A DNA stretch of 64,000 nucleotides from an uncultured Pseudomonas sp. (lineage in GTDB: Bacteria > Pseudomonadota > Gammaproteobacteria > Pseudomonadales > Pseudomonadaceae). Position 1 is the first letter of the stretch. Each line of letters begins with the position of its first letter. The notes under the pieces are model-generated. The model made no database searches, had not been told where the DNA came from, and saw only the letters and a list, made by a program, of their open reading frames with translations. The stretch covers positions 13,620-77,619 of the forward strand of contig CBIHLQ010000004.1 in the NCBI GenBank assembly GCA_966210885.1, written 5' to 3'. This document shows positions 27,654 through 38,400 of the stretch, one piece after another. A program made the translations under genes and the position numbers.

Positions 27654-29408
27654 TCACAGCTTGAAGCGGGCGGCCAACCCTTTTAGTTTGAGGCCGAGTT
27701 GATGCAGGTTGCGCGCCGCCAGGTCGACCTGGCGGGTGCCGCCGACGTTGTCCTGGCTGGCTTGGCGGATGTTTTCCATGGCACCGGCGATCTGATCCAT
27801 GCCGACCAGTTGCTGCTGGCTGGTGGCGGCGATCTGCAGCGCCATTTCGTTGGATTGCTCGATGTTGCCGCTGAGGCTGCGGATCGCTTCGCCGCTGCTC
27901 CGTGCTCGCTCGTAACCGGTTTCCACGGTTTTGCTGCCCTGCTCGGCCAGCAGCACCGCCTTGGTCATGGCTTTCTGGATATCGCCGAGAATTCCGCGGA
28001 CCTGCGCCGTGGCTTGCTTCGATTGCTCGGCCAGGGCTTTGACCTCCTGCGCCACCACCGAAAAACCCATGCCCGTTTCGCCGGCCTTGACCGCCTCGAT
28101 GGAAGCGTTGACCCCGAGCAGGTTGGATTGTTCGGCGAGGTCGCCGACCGAAGCGACGATCTCACCGATCGCCTGGCTCTGTTCGCCCAGGCGCATGATG
28201 CTTTCCGCCACGGCCTGCATCTGCTCGCGAATCTGCTGCATGCCGGCGAGCGCCTCTTCCACCGCTTGCCTGCCGCCGAGAGCGACCTGGCGAGTGCGCT
28301 CGGTGCTTTCGGCGACCTTTTGCGACTTGCTGCCGGCCAGCACTGCGGTTTGCTTGACCTCCTCAACGGTGGTGGCGATCTCGCTGATCGCCGTGGCGGT
28401 TTCCTGAGTGCTGGTGGCCACTTGGCTGGTGGCGGCGAGGATTTCCTCGCTGGAACTGGCCAGCACCGAGATACCTTCATTCATCTCCAGCACCAATTCG
28501 CGCAAGTTACGCACCATGGTGGCAAAAGCACTGCCCAATACATCGCGTTCGGAGACGGCCTGGATATCCACCTGCAATTGCCCCTGCGCCAGGCTTTCCG
28601 CCCTACCGGCCAGCTCCTGCAGGTACACACCCATGCGGGTAAAGGCTTGACTCAGGCGGCCGACCTCGTCTTGACGCGAACTGCTGGTCATTTCCATGGG
28701 GATGTCGCCGCCACTGATGCGTTCGGCCCAGCCGGTCAGACGGGTCAATGGCAGGGCGATATGCCGGCTCAACCACCAAGCGCAACCGCCACCGAGCAGT
28801 GCCAGCAACAGGCCCAATTGCAGTAGATGCTGGCGCTGGGTTGCGAGTATTTGACGCGACTCTTGCTGCCCTTGACGTACCCTGAGCGCGGTCAGCTCGG
28901 TCAGTTGTTCGCCGAGGGCCATCATGCTATCGACCCGCTCGTCCTGGATGCCGCTGAACAATCGTTTGGCCTCAGCCTTACGGCCGCTCTCGACCATCGG
29001 CAGCACCTGGGTGTCGCGGGTGTGTCTGTAAGTACTGAGCAACGCCTCCAGCTTATCGATCAGAGCAGCGACCTCAGTGTCGTCGTTCAGGATCTGGCGC
29101 AGGTGTGCGAGCAGTTTGGAATTGCGCTCGCTGCTCTGCTGAACCTGCACCTGATAGTCATCATGCCTGACCTCGTCGCTCTCCAGCAGCGCCTGCAAAG
29201 CGATACGCTGGCTGAGGATATTGATCAGCAGATCCTTGACGTCCACAACCCGTTCGTAGCGTCGGGTAAAGTCTTGCGCCTCGCTTTGCTGCAGCTGTAC
29301 GAAACGTTCCAGGCTGAACAACAGCATGGCGCCGAACCCAAGAATCAGCAGAGCGAATGCCAGCAGCAGTTTGCTGCCGATCCGCCAGTTGTTCATGATT
29401 GCCATCAT
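27654..29408 (-). CDS. Methyl-accepting chemotaxis protein B (periplasmic four-helix-bundle-like sensor, HAMP), 584 aa
   Basis: Two TM segments, HAMP DEVGRLSQAF, hairpin SNLLGVNASIEAVKAGETGMGFSVVAQEVKALAE. Confidence 0.93.
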   Translation of the reverse strand: MMAIMNNWRIGSKLLLAFALLILGFGAMLLFSLERFVQLQQSEAQDFTRRYERVVDVKDLLINILSQRIALQALLESDEVRHDDYQVQVQQSSERNSKLLAHLRQILNDDTEVAALIDKLEALLSTYRHTRDTQVLPMVESGRKAEAKRLFSGIQDERVDSMMALGEQLTELTALRVRQGQQESRQILATQRQHLLQLGLLLALLGGGCAWWLSRHIALPLTRLTGWAERISGGDIPMEMTSSSRQDEVGRLSQAFTRMGVYLQELAGRAESLAQGQLQVDIQAVSERDVLGSAFATMVRNLRELVLEMNEGISVLASSSEEILAATSQVATSTQETATAISEIATTVEEVKQTAVLAGSKSQKVAESTERTRQVALGGRQAVEEALAGMQQIREQMQAVAESIMRLGEQSQAIGEIVASVGDLAEQSNLLGVNASIEAVKAGETGMGFSVVAQEVKALAEQSKQATAQVRGILGDIQKAMTKAVLLAEQGSKTVETGYERARSSGEAIRSLSGNIEQSNEMALQIAATSQQQLVGMDQIAGAMENIRQASQDNVGGTRQVDLAARNLHQLGLKLKGLAARFKL

Positions 29409-29436
29409 TCAGCTTCACCCTCAGTAGGCATCTGAT

Positions 29437-31074
29437 TCAGAGTTTGAAACGGGCAGCCAGGCCCTTGAGCTTGAGGCCGAGTTGATGCAGATTGCGCGCC
29501 GCCAAGTCGACCTGGCGGGTACCGCCGACGTTGTCCTGGCTGGCTTGACGGATGTTCTCCATGGCGCTGGCGACCTGATCCATACCGACCAGTTGCTGTT
29601 GGCTGGTGGCGGCGATCTGCAGCGCCATTTCGCTGGATTGCTCGATGCTGTCGCTGAGGCTGCGGATCGCCTCGCCGCTGCTCCGTGCTCGTTCGTAGCC
29701 GGTCTCCACGGTTTTGCTGCCTTGCTCGGCCAGCAGCACCGCCTTGGTCATGGCTTTCTGGATATCGCCGAGAATCCCGCGGACCTGCGCAGTGGCCTGC
29801 TTCGATTGCTCGGCCAGGGCCTTGACCTCCTGCGCGACCACCGAGAAACCCTTGCCGATTTCACCGGCCTTGACCGCCTCGATCGAGGCGTTGACCCCGA
29901 GCAAGTTGGATTGCTCGGCCAGATCGCCGACCGAGGCGACTATCTCGCCGATGGCCTGGCTCTGCTCGCCCAGGCGCATGATGCTTTCCGCCACTGCTTG
30001 CATCTGTTCGCGGATTTGCTGCATACCGGCGAGCGCATCCTCGACCGCCTGCCTGCCGCCCAGGGCGACCTGACGAGTGCGCTCGGTACTCTCGGCGACG
30101 CCTTGGGATTTCGCCCCGGCCAATACCGCGGTCTGCTTGACCTCCTCCACCGTGGTGGCGATTTCGCTGATGGCGGTGGCGGTCTCCTGGGTGCTGGTGG
30201 CCACTTGACTGGTGGCGGCGAGGATTTCCTCGCTGGAACTGGCCAGCACCGAGATGCCTTCGTTCATGTCCTGCACCAGTTCGCGCAGGTAGGCACTCAT
30301 GTCGGCGAATGCTTGAGCCAGCCTGCCCACTTCGTCCTGACGGGAGCTGGCGATGACCTCGCGCGGAATCTCGCCGCGACCGATCTGCTCGGCCCAGCCG
30401 GTTAGGCGCGCCAGCGGCAGTGCGATATGCCGGCTGAGCAACCAGGCCAGGAGCGCACCGCCAACCACCAAAATCAGGCTCAGATTGAACATGCGCTCGC
30501 GCAAGGCGCCCAGCGCCTGGCGCGAGCGTTGCTGGGCTTCGGCGATGCGTTGCTCGGTCAGCGTGGTCAGTTGCAGGCCCAGTTCGTGAACCCGTTCCAA
30601 GCGCTCCATTTGCACCCCGGTGCTCAACTGCAGCGCCTCTTGCAATTGGTTGGCGCGGATCATTTGCAACTGGTCCGCGCGGGTTTCATGCACTGCGGCA
30701 CGCAGTGCAGTCAGTTGTTCGAGAAGATCGCTCGCCTTGGGGTCGTCCACCACGCTCGCACGCATACGTTGCATCAGACGATCGTTCTGCAGCTTGCTTT
30801 GGCGAATCTGCTCCTCATGCTTATCCAGACCATCGACGGCGCCGGCGCTGATCGCCAGCAACAGCTCGCTACGCTGGGCCTCGATATTGATGCGCAGTTC
30901 CTTGGCATCGGAAATCCATCCGTAGTGGCCTTGGAATTGCCGCTCCTCGCTTTCCTGCAGGCTGACGAAGCGTTCCAGGGTCATGAAGATCAGGCTGCCG
31001 AAGCCGATGATCAGCACGGCGAAGGCAATGATCAGCTTACTGCCGATGTCGAACCGTAGCGTTTTGCCCATCAT
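29437..31074 (-). CDS. Methyl-accepting chemotaxis protein A, 545 aa, paralog of MCP B
   Basis: Same architecture; signalling domain nearly identical to MCP B. Confidence 0.93.
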   Translation of the reverse strand: MMGKTLRFDIGSKLIIAFAVLIIGFGSLIFMTLERFVSLQESEERQFQGHYGWISDAKELRINIEAQRSELLLAISAGAVDGLDKHEEQIRQSKLQNDRLMQRMRASVVDDPKASDLLEQLTALRAAVHETRADQLQMIRANQLQEALQLSTGVQMERLERVHELGLQLTTLTEQRIAEAQQRSRQALGALRERMFNLSLILVVGGALLAWLLSRHIALPLARLTGWAEQIGRGEIPREVIASSRQDEVGRLAQAFADMSAYLRELVQDMNEGISVLASSSEEILAATSQVATSTQETATAISEIATTVEEVKQTAVLAGAKSQGVAESTERTRQVALGGRQAVEDALAGMQQIREQMQAVAESIMRLGEQSQAIGEIVASVGDLAEQSNLLGVNASIEAVKAGEIGKGFSVVAQEVKALAEQSKQATAQVRGILGDIQKAMTKAVLLAEQGSKTVETGYERARSSGEAIRSLSDSIEQSSEMALQIAATSQQQLVGMDQVASAMENIRQASQDNVGGTRQVDLAARNLHQLGLKLKGLAARFKL

Positions 31075-31102
31075 GCGGGTGAATCTCCTTGGCTTGAATG
31101 CA

Positions 31103-31708
31103 TTACTCGGCCATCACGGGTAAATCGGGGTCGCCCAGCAGGCGTGCGCCGTCGAGCACCGTGGCTTGCTCGGCAGTCACTCCGAGCAGGTAATTCGCAC
31201 GCACGCCGGTGAGGTTGGCAGGCGCCTTTTGCAGGGCGTCGCGGCGGATCTGCGCGATACCCAGCACACGATCGATCAACACGCCGAACTCCATCTCCGG
31301 GCTTTGCAGAATCAGCAGGAAATTGCGTTCCGACAGGCTGTCGACCGGCAATTCGAACAACACCCGTAAATCCAGCACCGAAACGATCCGGCCGCGCACA
31401 TTGACGATGCCCAGTACATAAGCCGGAGTATTCGGCAAGGGGGTGTACTGGCTCAGCGGCATCACCAGGGCTACGTATTCGCTGGCGATCGCGTACAGCT
31501 CGCCGCTGATCCCGAAACGCAGCACTTCGAACTCGTCTGGGGGCGCCTGATCCCCGATCTCGCGGGCCCATTCCAAGCTGCGCTCGCGCAAACGCGCGGT
31601 GCGCGCTTCGGGATCGATGGCGAAGCCATCGAGCAGGCGCTGCTCGAATTCAGCCAGACGCTCGTTCAGCTGCGCCCAGCGGGCCGGGTCGTTCACGGAT
31701 TCGGACAT
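31103..31708 (-). CDS. cheW: CheW adaptor (WspD-like)
   Basis: TPLPNTPAYVLGIVNVRGRIVSVLDL. Confidence 0.9.
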   Translation of the reverse strand: MSESVNDPARWAQLNERLAEFEQRLLDGFAIDPEARTARLRERSLEWAREIGDQAPPDEFEVLRFGISGELYAIASEYVALVMPLSQYTPLPNTPAYVLGIVNVRGRIVSVLDLRVLFELPVDSLSERNFLLILQSPEMEFGVLIDRVLGIAQIRRDALQKAPANLTGVRANYLLGVTAEQATVLDGARLLGDPDLPVMAE

Positions 31709-33231
31709 GCCTGTCGTTGCTCCTGTAACTGCTCACACAGGCACAGGAGCTGCGCGCAGCTGATGCCGTCGCCGTGTGGCACCGGGGTTTTCTGATCTTG
31801 GCTTTTGAGTAGTTGCCGGCACACCTGCAACGCTTTGTCGCTGGCTTGCCGGTGACCTTGTGCGAGCAGCAGGCGCGCCTGCAGGAAGTAAGCGAGGATG
31901 AACTCGGCATCCAGATAGAGGCATTTCTGCAATGCGAGCAGCGCCGCCTGTTGGTCGCCGTCATGCTGCGCTAGTTGTGCCAGCAACCAATAGGCTGTGG
32001 CCGAGGCCGGATCCAGCGTCAACGCGCGTTGCAGCCAATCCTGAGCCTCGTCGTAATGTTGTTGGTCGGCGCAACTGCGGGCAAGCAGCAGGCAAGCCTG
32101 GTGCTGCTGCGCATGGCTCAAGCCCGTGCAGGCCAGATAGACCAACAGCGCTTCGCGGGCAACGCCACATCGGCCCTGGCTGAATGCTTCTTGTGCCTGT
32201 TGCCAGACCTCTTCGGCCCGACCCTTCGGCGCGACGTCCTGCTCGGTACGGCTGGGCGTGGCGATAATCGGCGGTTCGGCCAGCGTGGTTTCGGGCACTG
32301 CCGCGGGTGCGCTGGGTGTCGGCCGTAGGGGCCAGGATGCACGCACCGCTTCAACGCTTTTTTTGAGGGGACGGCTTTGCCGGGCGCCGCCGTGCAACGC
32401 GTAATTACAGCCGGCCCAGCACCCACTGAGACCGGCCTGGGTGGCGATGCCGGCCTCGACGGCGCTGAGCAGCAATAGCCCTTCCGGGGCGAGACAGGCC
32501 AGCAGCCGGCGTAGCGCAGCGGCCGCTCGATTGGCGGAGAAATACATCAATACGTTGCGACACAGAATCAGGTCGGCGCCGAGCATCGGACAGGGCTGTG
32601 CGCCGTCGGCCAGGTTGTACTGGATAAAGCGGATGCGCCCACTCCAGGCCGGCCGCACCTGCCACAAGCGCCCCTGCGCCTGGAAATGTTTGCTACGGAA
32701 TTGGTTTTCGTTGCGGCGAAAGGCGTTGGCGCCATATAGCCCTTGCTCGGCCTGGGCGAGAAACGCCGTATTGAGGTCGCTGGCGACGATTTCCAGCTTC
32801 CAGCTGTCGCGCTCCGCGCCGAGCAACTGGTCAACGAGAAACAGCAGGCTGTAGGCTTCCTCGCCGGTGCAGCAGCCCGCACTCCATAACCGCAGGCTAC
32901 GCTGCCCCGCCTGCCTGCGGCGCGCCAGCAGCGGTCCCAGATGGCGGCTGGCGAGCCAGTCGAACGCCTCGGCATCGCGACGGAAGTAGGTCTCGCCGAC
33001 GGTGAACGCCGGTATCAGCGTCTGTAACAGGGCCCGGTCCCAGGTGGCGAAGGCCAGTTCGCGCAGCCAGGTGTCGAAATCGACCACCTCCTGCTCCACC
33101 GCCAGCAGGTGCAGACGACGCAATAGGTCGGCGCTACGGGGGCCGGAAAAGTCCATCCCCAAGTGCCGCAGTACTTTGTTATGGAGGGCAATCAGCAACT
33201 GCGGCGAACATGCGGGCTCAGTTCGCGGCAT
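31693..33231 (-). CDS. cheR: CheR methyltransferase with C-terminal TPRs (WspC-like)
   Basis: TVGETYFRRD, LWSAGCCTGEEAYSL, DLILCRNVLMYF, TPR-like helices; start 33231 or 33249. Confidence 0.92.
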   Translation of the reverse strand: MPRTEPACSPQLLIALHNKVLRHLGMDFSGPRSADLLRRLHLLAVEQEVVDFDTWLRELAFATWDRALLQTLIPAFTVGETYFRRDAEAFDWLASRHLGPLLARRRQAGQRSLRLWSAGCCTGEEAYSLLFLVDQLLGAERDSWKLEIVASDLNTAFLAQAEQGLYGANAFRRNENQFRSKHFQAQGRLWQVRPAWSGRIRFIQYNLADGAQPCPMLGADLILCRNVLMYFSANRAAAALRRLLACLAPEGLLLLSAVEAGIATQAGLSGCWAGCNYALHGGARQSRPLKKSVEAVRASWPLRPTPSAPAAVPETTLAEPPIIATPSRTEQDVAPKGRAEEVWQQAQEAFSQGRCGVAREALLVYLACTGLSHAQQHQACLLLARSCADQQHYDEAQDWLQRALTLDPASATAYWLLAQLAQHDGDQQAALLALQKCLYLDAEFILAYFLQARLLLAQGHRQASDKALQVCRQLLKSQDQKTPVPHGDGISCAQLLCLCEQLQEQRQACPNP

Positions 33232-33697
33232 CGGGCGGGCCCTCGCCATTCGCCAGCAGCTCGCTCAATCTGGCCTCGTCGGCCTCGCTCAGCAGTTGCT
33301 CGACATCCTGAATCAGCAGCAGGCCCTCGGCGCTGCGCACCACTCCGTGCAATAAATTGGAAGGCACCTGCGGATCCGGCGCCTGGGTGAAGTCCTCGGC
33401 GCCATAGCTGCTCACCGGCGCCACCCGCTCCACGGGCAGCAACAAGTCGCGTCGGCTGGTGCGCAGCCAGATAAAAGGTTGCCACAAGCCCAGCGCAGGC
33501 ATGGCCCAGCCGAAACGTCGCGCCAGGTCCACCACCGGCAGCAGCCGCCCACGCACGTTCACCAGGCCGCAAATCGTCTCGGGAGCACCCGGCAAGGGGG
33601 TGCTTTGCAAGGCCGGAAGCACACGCACGACCTGCTCTAGCGCCACCGCCAAGGGCTGTTCGGCCAACCAGAAAGGCAACACCTGGTATCTGTCCAT
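33218..33697 (-). CDS. cheW: CheW adaptor (WspB-like)
   Basis: TPLPGAPETICGLVNVRGRLLPVVDL. Confidence 0.88.
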   Translation of the reverse strand: MDRYQVLPFWLAEQPLAVALEQVVRVLPALQSTPLPGAPETICGLVNVRGRLLPVVDLARRFGWAMPALGLWQPFIWLRTSRRDLLLPVERVAPVSSYGAEDFTQAPDPQVPSNLLHGVVRSAEGLLLIQDVEQLLSEADEARLSELLANGEGPPDAAN

Positions 33698-33815
33698 AGA
33701 TGCGTCCCTGTCACCGCACGCTATTGCTCTCCTTGAACCCTAGCTCAGGGGTGGCCGACGTCCAGTGTCGCTCCGTTTAGCTCACGAAATATTTACCCGG
33801 GCTTCGACGGACTAA

Positions 33816-34015
33816 CAGGCCGTTGAAAAACGTAGGCGAGGCAGCCGAGACAAGGACTAGGCGTCCCCACAAAAACAGCCGAAAAAGCGGACTGGGCTCG
33901 CACGCGAGTTTACGTGCTGTAAATGAGCATTTTGATGGGGGCGCCTAGCCTGGGCTCGCACGCGAGGCCGTTTTTAACGCAGTATCGGCAACGCAGGTAG
34001 TTTTTCAACAGCCTG
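33816..34015 (+). mobile_element. MITE copy 2 (200 bp), same orientation as copy 1
   Basis: TIRs CAGGCCGTTGAAAAA / TTTTTCAACAGCCTG; CTAA direct repeats at 33812-33815 and 34016-34019. Confidence 0.85.
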
Positions 34016-35449
34016 CTAAGGCTTGGCAGGCATAGCCCCGGGCTGCCACCCGCCGCCCAATGCTGCGATCAGTTGCACGCTGGCGCTCAGGCGGTTGCCG
34101 AGCAGGCTCAGGGCGCTGCGTTCGTTGTTCAACGCGGTGGCCTGCACGTTGACCACACTGTTGTAGTCGACGGTGCCGGCGCGGTACTGATTTTCGATCA
34201 GGCGCAGGGATTCGCGGGCGGACTCCAAGGCCTCCTGCTGCACCGCGGCCTCGCGCTCGAATACCGCAAGCTGCACCAGGTAGTCCTCCACTTCGCGGAA
34301 GCTGTCCAGCACGGCCTGGCGGTATTGCGCCACGGTCTGGTCGTAACTGGCCTCGACCCGTTCCAGCTCGGCGCGGCGGGCGCCGCCGTCGAACAGGGTA
34401 AGCGCCAGCGCCGGGCCCAGGGACCAGAAACGGTTGGGCACGCTGATCAGGTCGGCGAAGCTGCTGTTGCGGTAGCCGCCGCTGGCCGAGAGCGCCAGGT
34501 CCGGATACCAGGCCGCTTCGGCCACGCCGATTTCGGCATTGGCGGCGGCCACCCGACGTTCGGCGGCGGCGATGTCCGGGCGGCGTTGCAGCAGTTGCGA
34601 AGGCAATGCCAGGGGAATCGCCGGCAACTGCGGCAGCTCTTCGCGCACGGCGATGCGCAACGAGCCCGGCGCGGCGCCGGTCAGCACGGCGATGGCGTGT
34701 TCCAACTGCGCGCGCTGCCATTCCAGGTCGATGGCCTGGGCCTGGGTGCTCTTCAGCTGGGTCTGCGCCTGGGCCACATCGGAGCGCGGCACTATGCCGG
34801 CGCGGTACTGGTTCTCGGTCAGTTGCAGCGCCCGCGCATAGGCCGCGACGGTGGCGTCGAGCAGGCGCTTCTGCTCGTCCAGCACCCGCAGTTGCAGGTA
34901 GTTCTGCGCCAGCTCGGATTGCAGACTCAGGCGCGCGGCGGCCAGGTCCGCGGCGCTGGCGGCGGCGCCGGCCTGGCTGGATTCAAGACCGCGGCGCAGC
35001 TTGCCCCAGAGGTCCAGCTCCCAGGCGGCGTTCAGGCCCAGCTCATAGCTGTTGCTCACCGAACTGGCGTTGCCCAGGCTGCTGTTGGAACCCGCGCCCT
35101 GGCCGGAACGCGTCGCCCCGCCGCTGGCGGACAGGCTCGGATAGAAGCTCGCCCGCGCACCGCGTACCAGGGCGCGAGCCTGGCGGTATTGCGCCTCGGC
35201 GGCGGCGAGGTTCTGGTTATCGACGTTGAGTTTGCCGATCAACCCGTTCAGCTCGGCGTCGCCATACAGCTCCCACCAGGCGCCACGGGCCAGGGCATCG
35301 GCCGGCTGCGCCTGGACCCAGCCTTCGGCATGGCGGTACTCGGCGGGAACCTCCAGGGCCGGGCGCTGGTAGTCCGGGCCGAGGGTGCAGGCGCCGAGGC
35401 CGAGCATGGCGATGGCGAGGTACAGCGGACGCAGGGTCGAGGCATTCAT
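34016..35449 (-). CDS. opmB: Outer membrane efflux factor (OpmB/NodT-like)
   Basis: Lipobox LGACT, WELDLWG, RRPDIAAAERR; last gene of the mux operon. Confidence 0.88.
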   Translation of the reverse strand: MNASTLRPLYLAIAMLGLGACTLGPDYQRPALEVPAEYRHAEGWVQAQPADALARGAWWELYGDAELNGLIGKLNVDNQNLAAAEAQYRQARALVRGARASFYPSLSASGGATRSGQGAGSNSSLGNASSVSNSYELGLNAAWELDLWGKLRRGLESSQAGAAASAADLAAARLSLQSELAQNYLQLRVLDEQKRLLDATVAAYARALQLTENQYRAGIVPRSDVAQAQTQLKSTQAQAIDLEWQRAQLEHAIAVLTGAAPGSLRIAVREELPQLPAIPLALPSQLLQRRPDIAAAERRVAAANAEIGVAEAAWYPDLALSASGGYRNSSFADLISVPNRFWSLGPALALTLFDGGARRAELERVEASYDQTVAQYRQAVLDSFREVEDYLVQLAVFEREAAVQQEALESARESLRLIENQYRAGTVDYNSVVNVQATALNNERSALSLLGNRLSASVQLIAALGGGWQPGAMPAKP

Positions 35450-38400
35450 AACGGAGTTTCCAAAGCAGCATCGCTACGCACGCCGCGCCAGCGGTTGACG
35501 CGGTGGCGCAGGCGATCGAAATACAGGTAAACCACCGGGGTGGTGTAGAGCGTCAGCAACTGGCTGAGCAGCAGCCCGCCGACGATGGCGATGCCCAGCG
35601 GCTGGCGCATTTCCGCGCCCTCGGCGCTGGACAGGATCAACGGCAATGCGCCGAGGATCGCCGCCAGGGTGGTCATGATGATCGGCCGGAAGCGCAGCAG
35701 GCAGGCGCGGCGGATCGACTCCTCGGGGCTCAGCCGCTCCTGACGCTCCAGTTGCAGCGCCAGGTCGATCATCAGGATGGCGTTCTTCTTCACCACGCCG
35801 ATCAGCAGGAATAGCCCGAGCAGCGAGATCAGGCTGAACTCGCCGCCGACCAGCAGAATCGCCAGCAGCGCGCCGACCCCGGCCGAAGGCAGCGTGGAGA
35901 GGATCGTCAGCGGGTGGATATAGCTCTCGTAAAGCACGCCGAGCACGATATACACCACCAGCAGCGCGGCGAAGATCATCAGCGGTTGGCCCTGGGCCGC
36001 CTGCTGGAAGGCGCCGCCGGTGCCGCCGAGCAGGCCCTGCACCTCGGTCGGCAGACCGACCCGCGCCACCGCCTGTTCGATGGCGGCGCTGGCCTGCTCC
36101 AGGGTCACGTCCGGCGCCAGGGAGAAGCCGATGCTCTCCGCGGCGAACTGGCCCTGGTGGTTGACCCGGTCCTCCTCCAGGCTGCGTTCCCAGCGGGCGA
36201 AAGTGGACAGCGGCACGCGGCTGCCATCGGCGGCTATCAGTTGCACCTGGTCCAGCACTTCCGGGCTTTGCGCGTAGCGCGGGTCGACTTCCATGACCAC
36301 GCTGTACTGGTTGAGGCTGTCGTAAATGGTCGCGATCTGGCGCTGGCTGAAGGCGTTGTTCAGCACCGAGGTGACCATCGCCATGTCCACGCCCAGGCGC
36401 TTGGCGGTGTCGCGGTCGATCACCAGGCTGATCTGCTGGGCGCCCTCGCCTTCGTTGGCGTCGATATCGGTCAACTCCGGCAAGGCCGCCAGGGCGTCGC
36501 GTACCTTGGGCAGCCAGACGCGCAGGTCTTCCAGGTCGCTGGCCAGCAGTACGTATTCGTTGTCCGAGCTGCGCCCCTGGCGGCCGCCGAATTGCAGGTC
36601 CTGGTCGGGCATCAGGAACATACGCCCGCCCGGCACCTTGGGCACGCTCTTGCGCAGGCGCTCGATCACCTCCTGGGCCGATACGCCGCGCTCGTCGATG
36701 GGCTTCAGGCGCACGATCATAAAGGCGTTGTTGATCCCGCCGTTGCCGCCGATAAAGCCGGCCACGCTTTCCACCGCTGGGTCGGCGAGCACGGCACGGC
36801 GGTAGATTTCCATCTTCGGCTGCATCACCTGGAACGACAGGCCGTCGTCGCCGCGGATAAAGCCGATCAACTGGCCGGTGTCCTGCTGCGGCATAAAGGT
36901 CTTCGGCACCGCGACGTACAGGTAAACGTTGAGGCCGATGGTCGCCAGCAGGCCGAACAGCATCAGCCGCGAATGCGCCAGTGCCCATTCCAGGCTGCGC
37001 CGGTAACCGTCCAGCACCCGCGTTTGCAGGCGTGCGCCGAAGCGCTGCAACGGCCCCGGCGCGCGCTTTTCCTCGGCCTTCAGCCAGCGCGCGCAGAGCA
37101 TCGGCGTCAGCGTCAGCGACACCAGCAAGGAAATGATGATCGCCACCGCCAGGGTGATGGAGAACTCGCGGAACAGCCGCTCGGCGATGCCGCCGACGAA
37201 CAGAATGGAAACGAACACCGCGACCAGTGACAGGTTCATCGAGAGCAAGGTGAAGCCCACCTCGCGCGAGCCTTTCAGCGCCGCCTGCATGGGCGTCTCG
37301 CCGTTCTCGATATGCCGGGAGATGTTTTCCAGCACCACGATGGCGTCGTCCACCACCAGGCCCGTGGCGATGATCAGCGCCATCAGCGACAGGTTGTTCA
37401 GGGAGAAATCCCACAGGTACATGACTGCGAAAGCGCCGACCAGCGACACCGGCACCGCCAATGCCGGAATCAGCGCCGCACGCCAGCGACCGAGGAACGC
37501 GTAGACCACCAGAATCACCAGGGCGACGGCAATCAGCAGCGTGCGTTCGGCCTCGTGCAGGGTGGCGCGGATCACCGGCGAGCGGTCCATCGCTACCTCC
37601 AGCTTGACGCTGGCCGGGATCACCTCGCGCAACGCCGGCAACTGCGCGCGGATATCGGCGATGGTTTCGATGATATTGGCCCCGGACTGGCGGTTGACCA
37701 CCAGCAGCACCGCTTCGTTGTCGTTGTAGAAACCGCTGTTGTAGCGGTCTTCGACGCCATCGACGACGCTGGCCACATCGCCCAGGCGCACGCTGGCGCC
37801 GTTCTCCTGGCGAACGATCAGCGGCGCATAGTCGGCGGCGCGCTCCAGTTGGTCGTTGGCCTGCACCTGCCAGTGCCGGGCGTCGTTCTCCACTGCACCT
37901 TTGGGTCGTTGGCCGGTGGCGTCGGCGATGGCCTGGCGCACCTCATCGAGAGCGATGTTGTACTGATCGAGCAGGCGCGGCTGCAGCGAAACGCGCACCG
38001 CCGGCAGCGAGCTGCCGCCGATCTGCACCTCGCCGACCCCGCTCACCTGGGACAGCTTCTGCGCCAGGATGGTCGAGGCGACGTCGTACAGCTGGCCCTT
38101 GTTCAGCACCTCGCTGGTCAGCGACAGCACCATGATCGGCGCCTGCGACGGGTTGACCTTGCGGTAGCTGGGCATCGTGCGCATGCCGCTGGGCAGCAGC
38201 TTGCGCGCGGCGTTGATCGCAGCCTGCACCTCACGGGCGGCGGCGTCGATATCGCGGTCGATGTCGAACAGCAGGATGATCCGCGTGCTGCCCTGGCTGC
38301 TGCGGCTGGTCATCTCGCTGATCCCGGCGATGGTGCCGAGGGAGCGTTCCAGCGGCGTCGCCACCGTCGCCGCCATCACCTGCGGGCTGGCGCCGGGCAG

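Noticed and set aside
20799-33697. Direct orthology to the canonical wspABCDEFR operon
   Set aside because: The gene order differs, there are two MCPs, and the output is not the simple REC-GGDEF WspR; wsp symbols were not assigned
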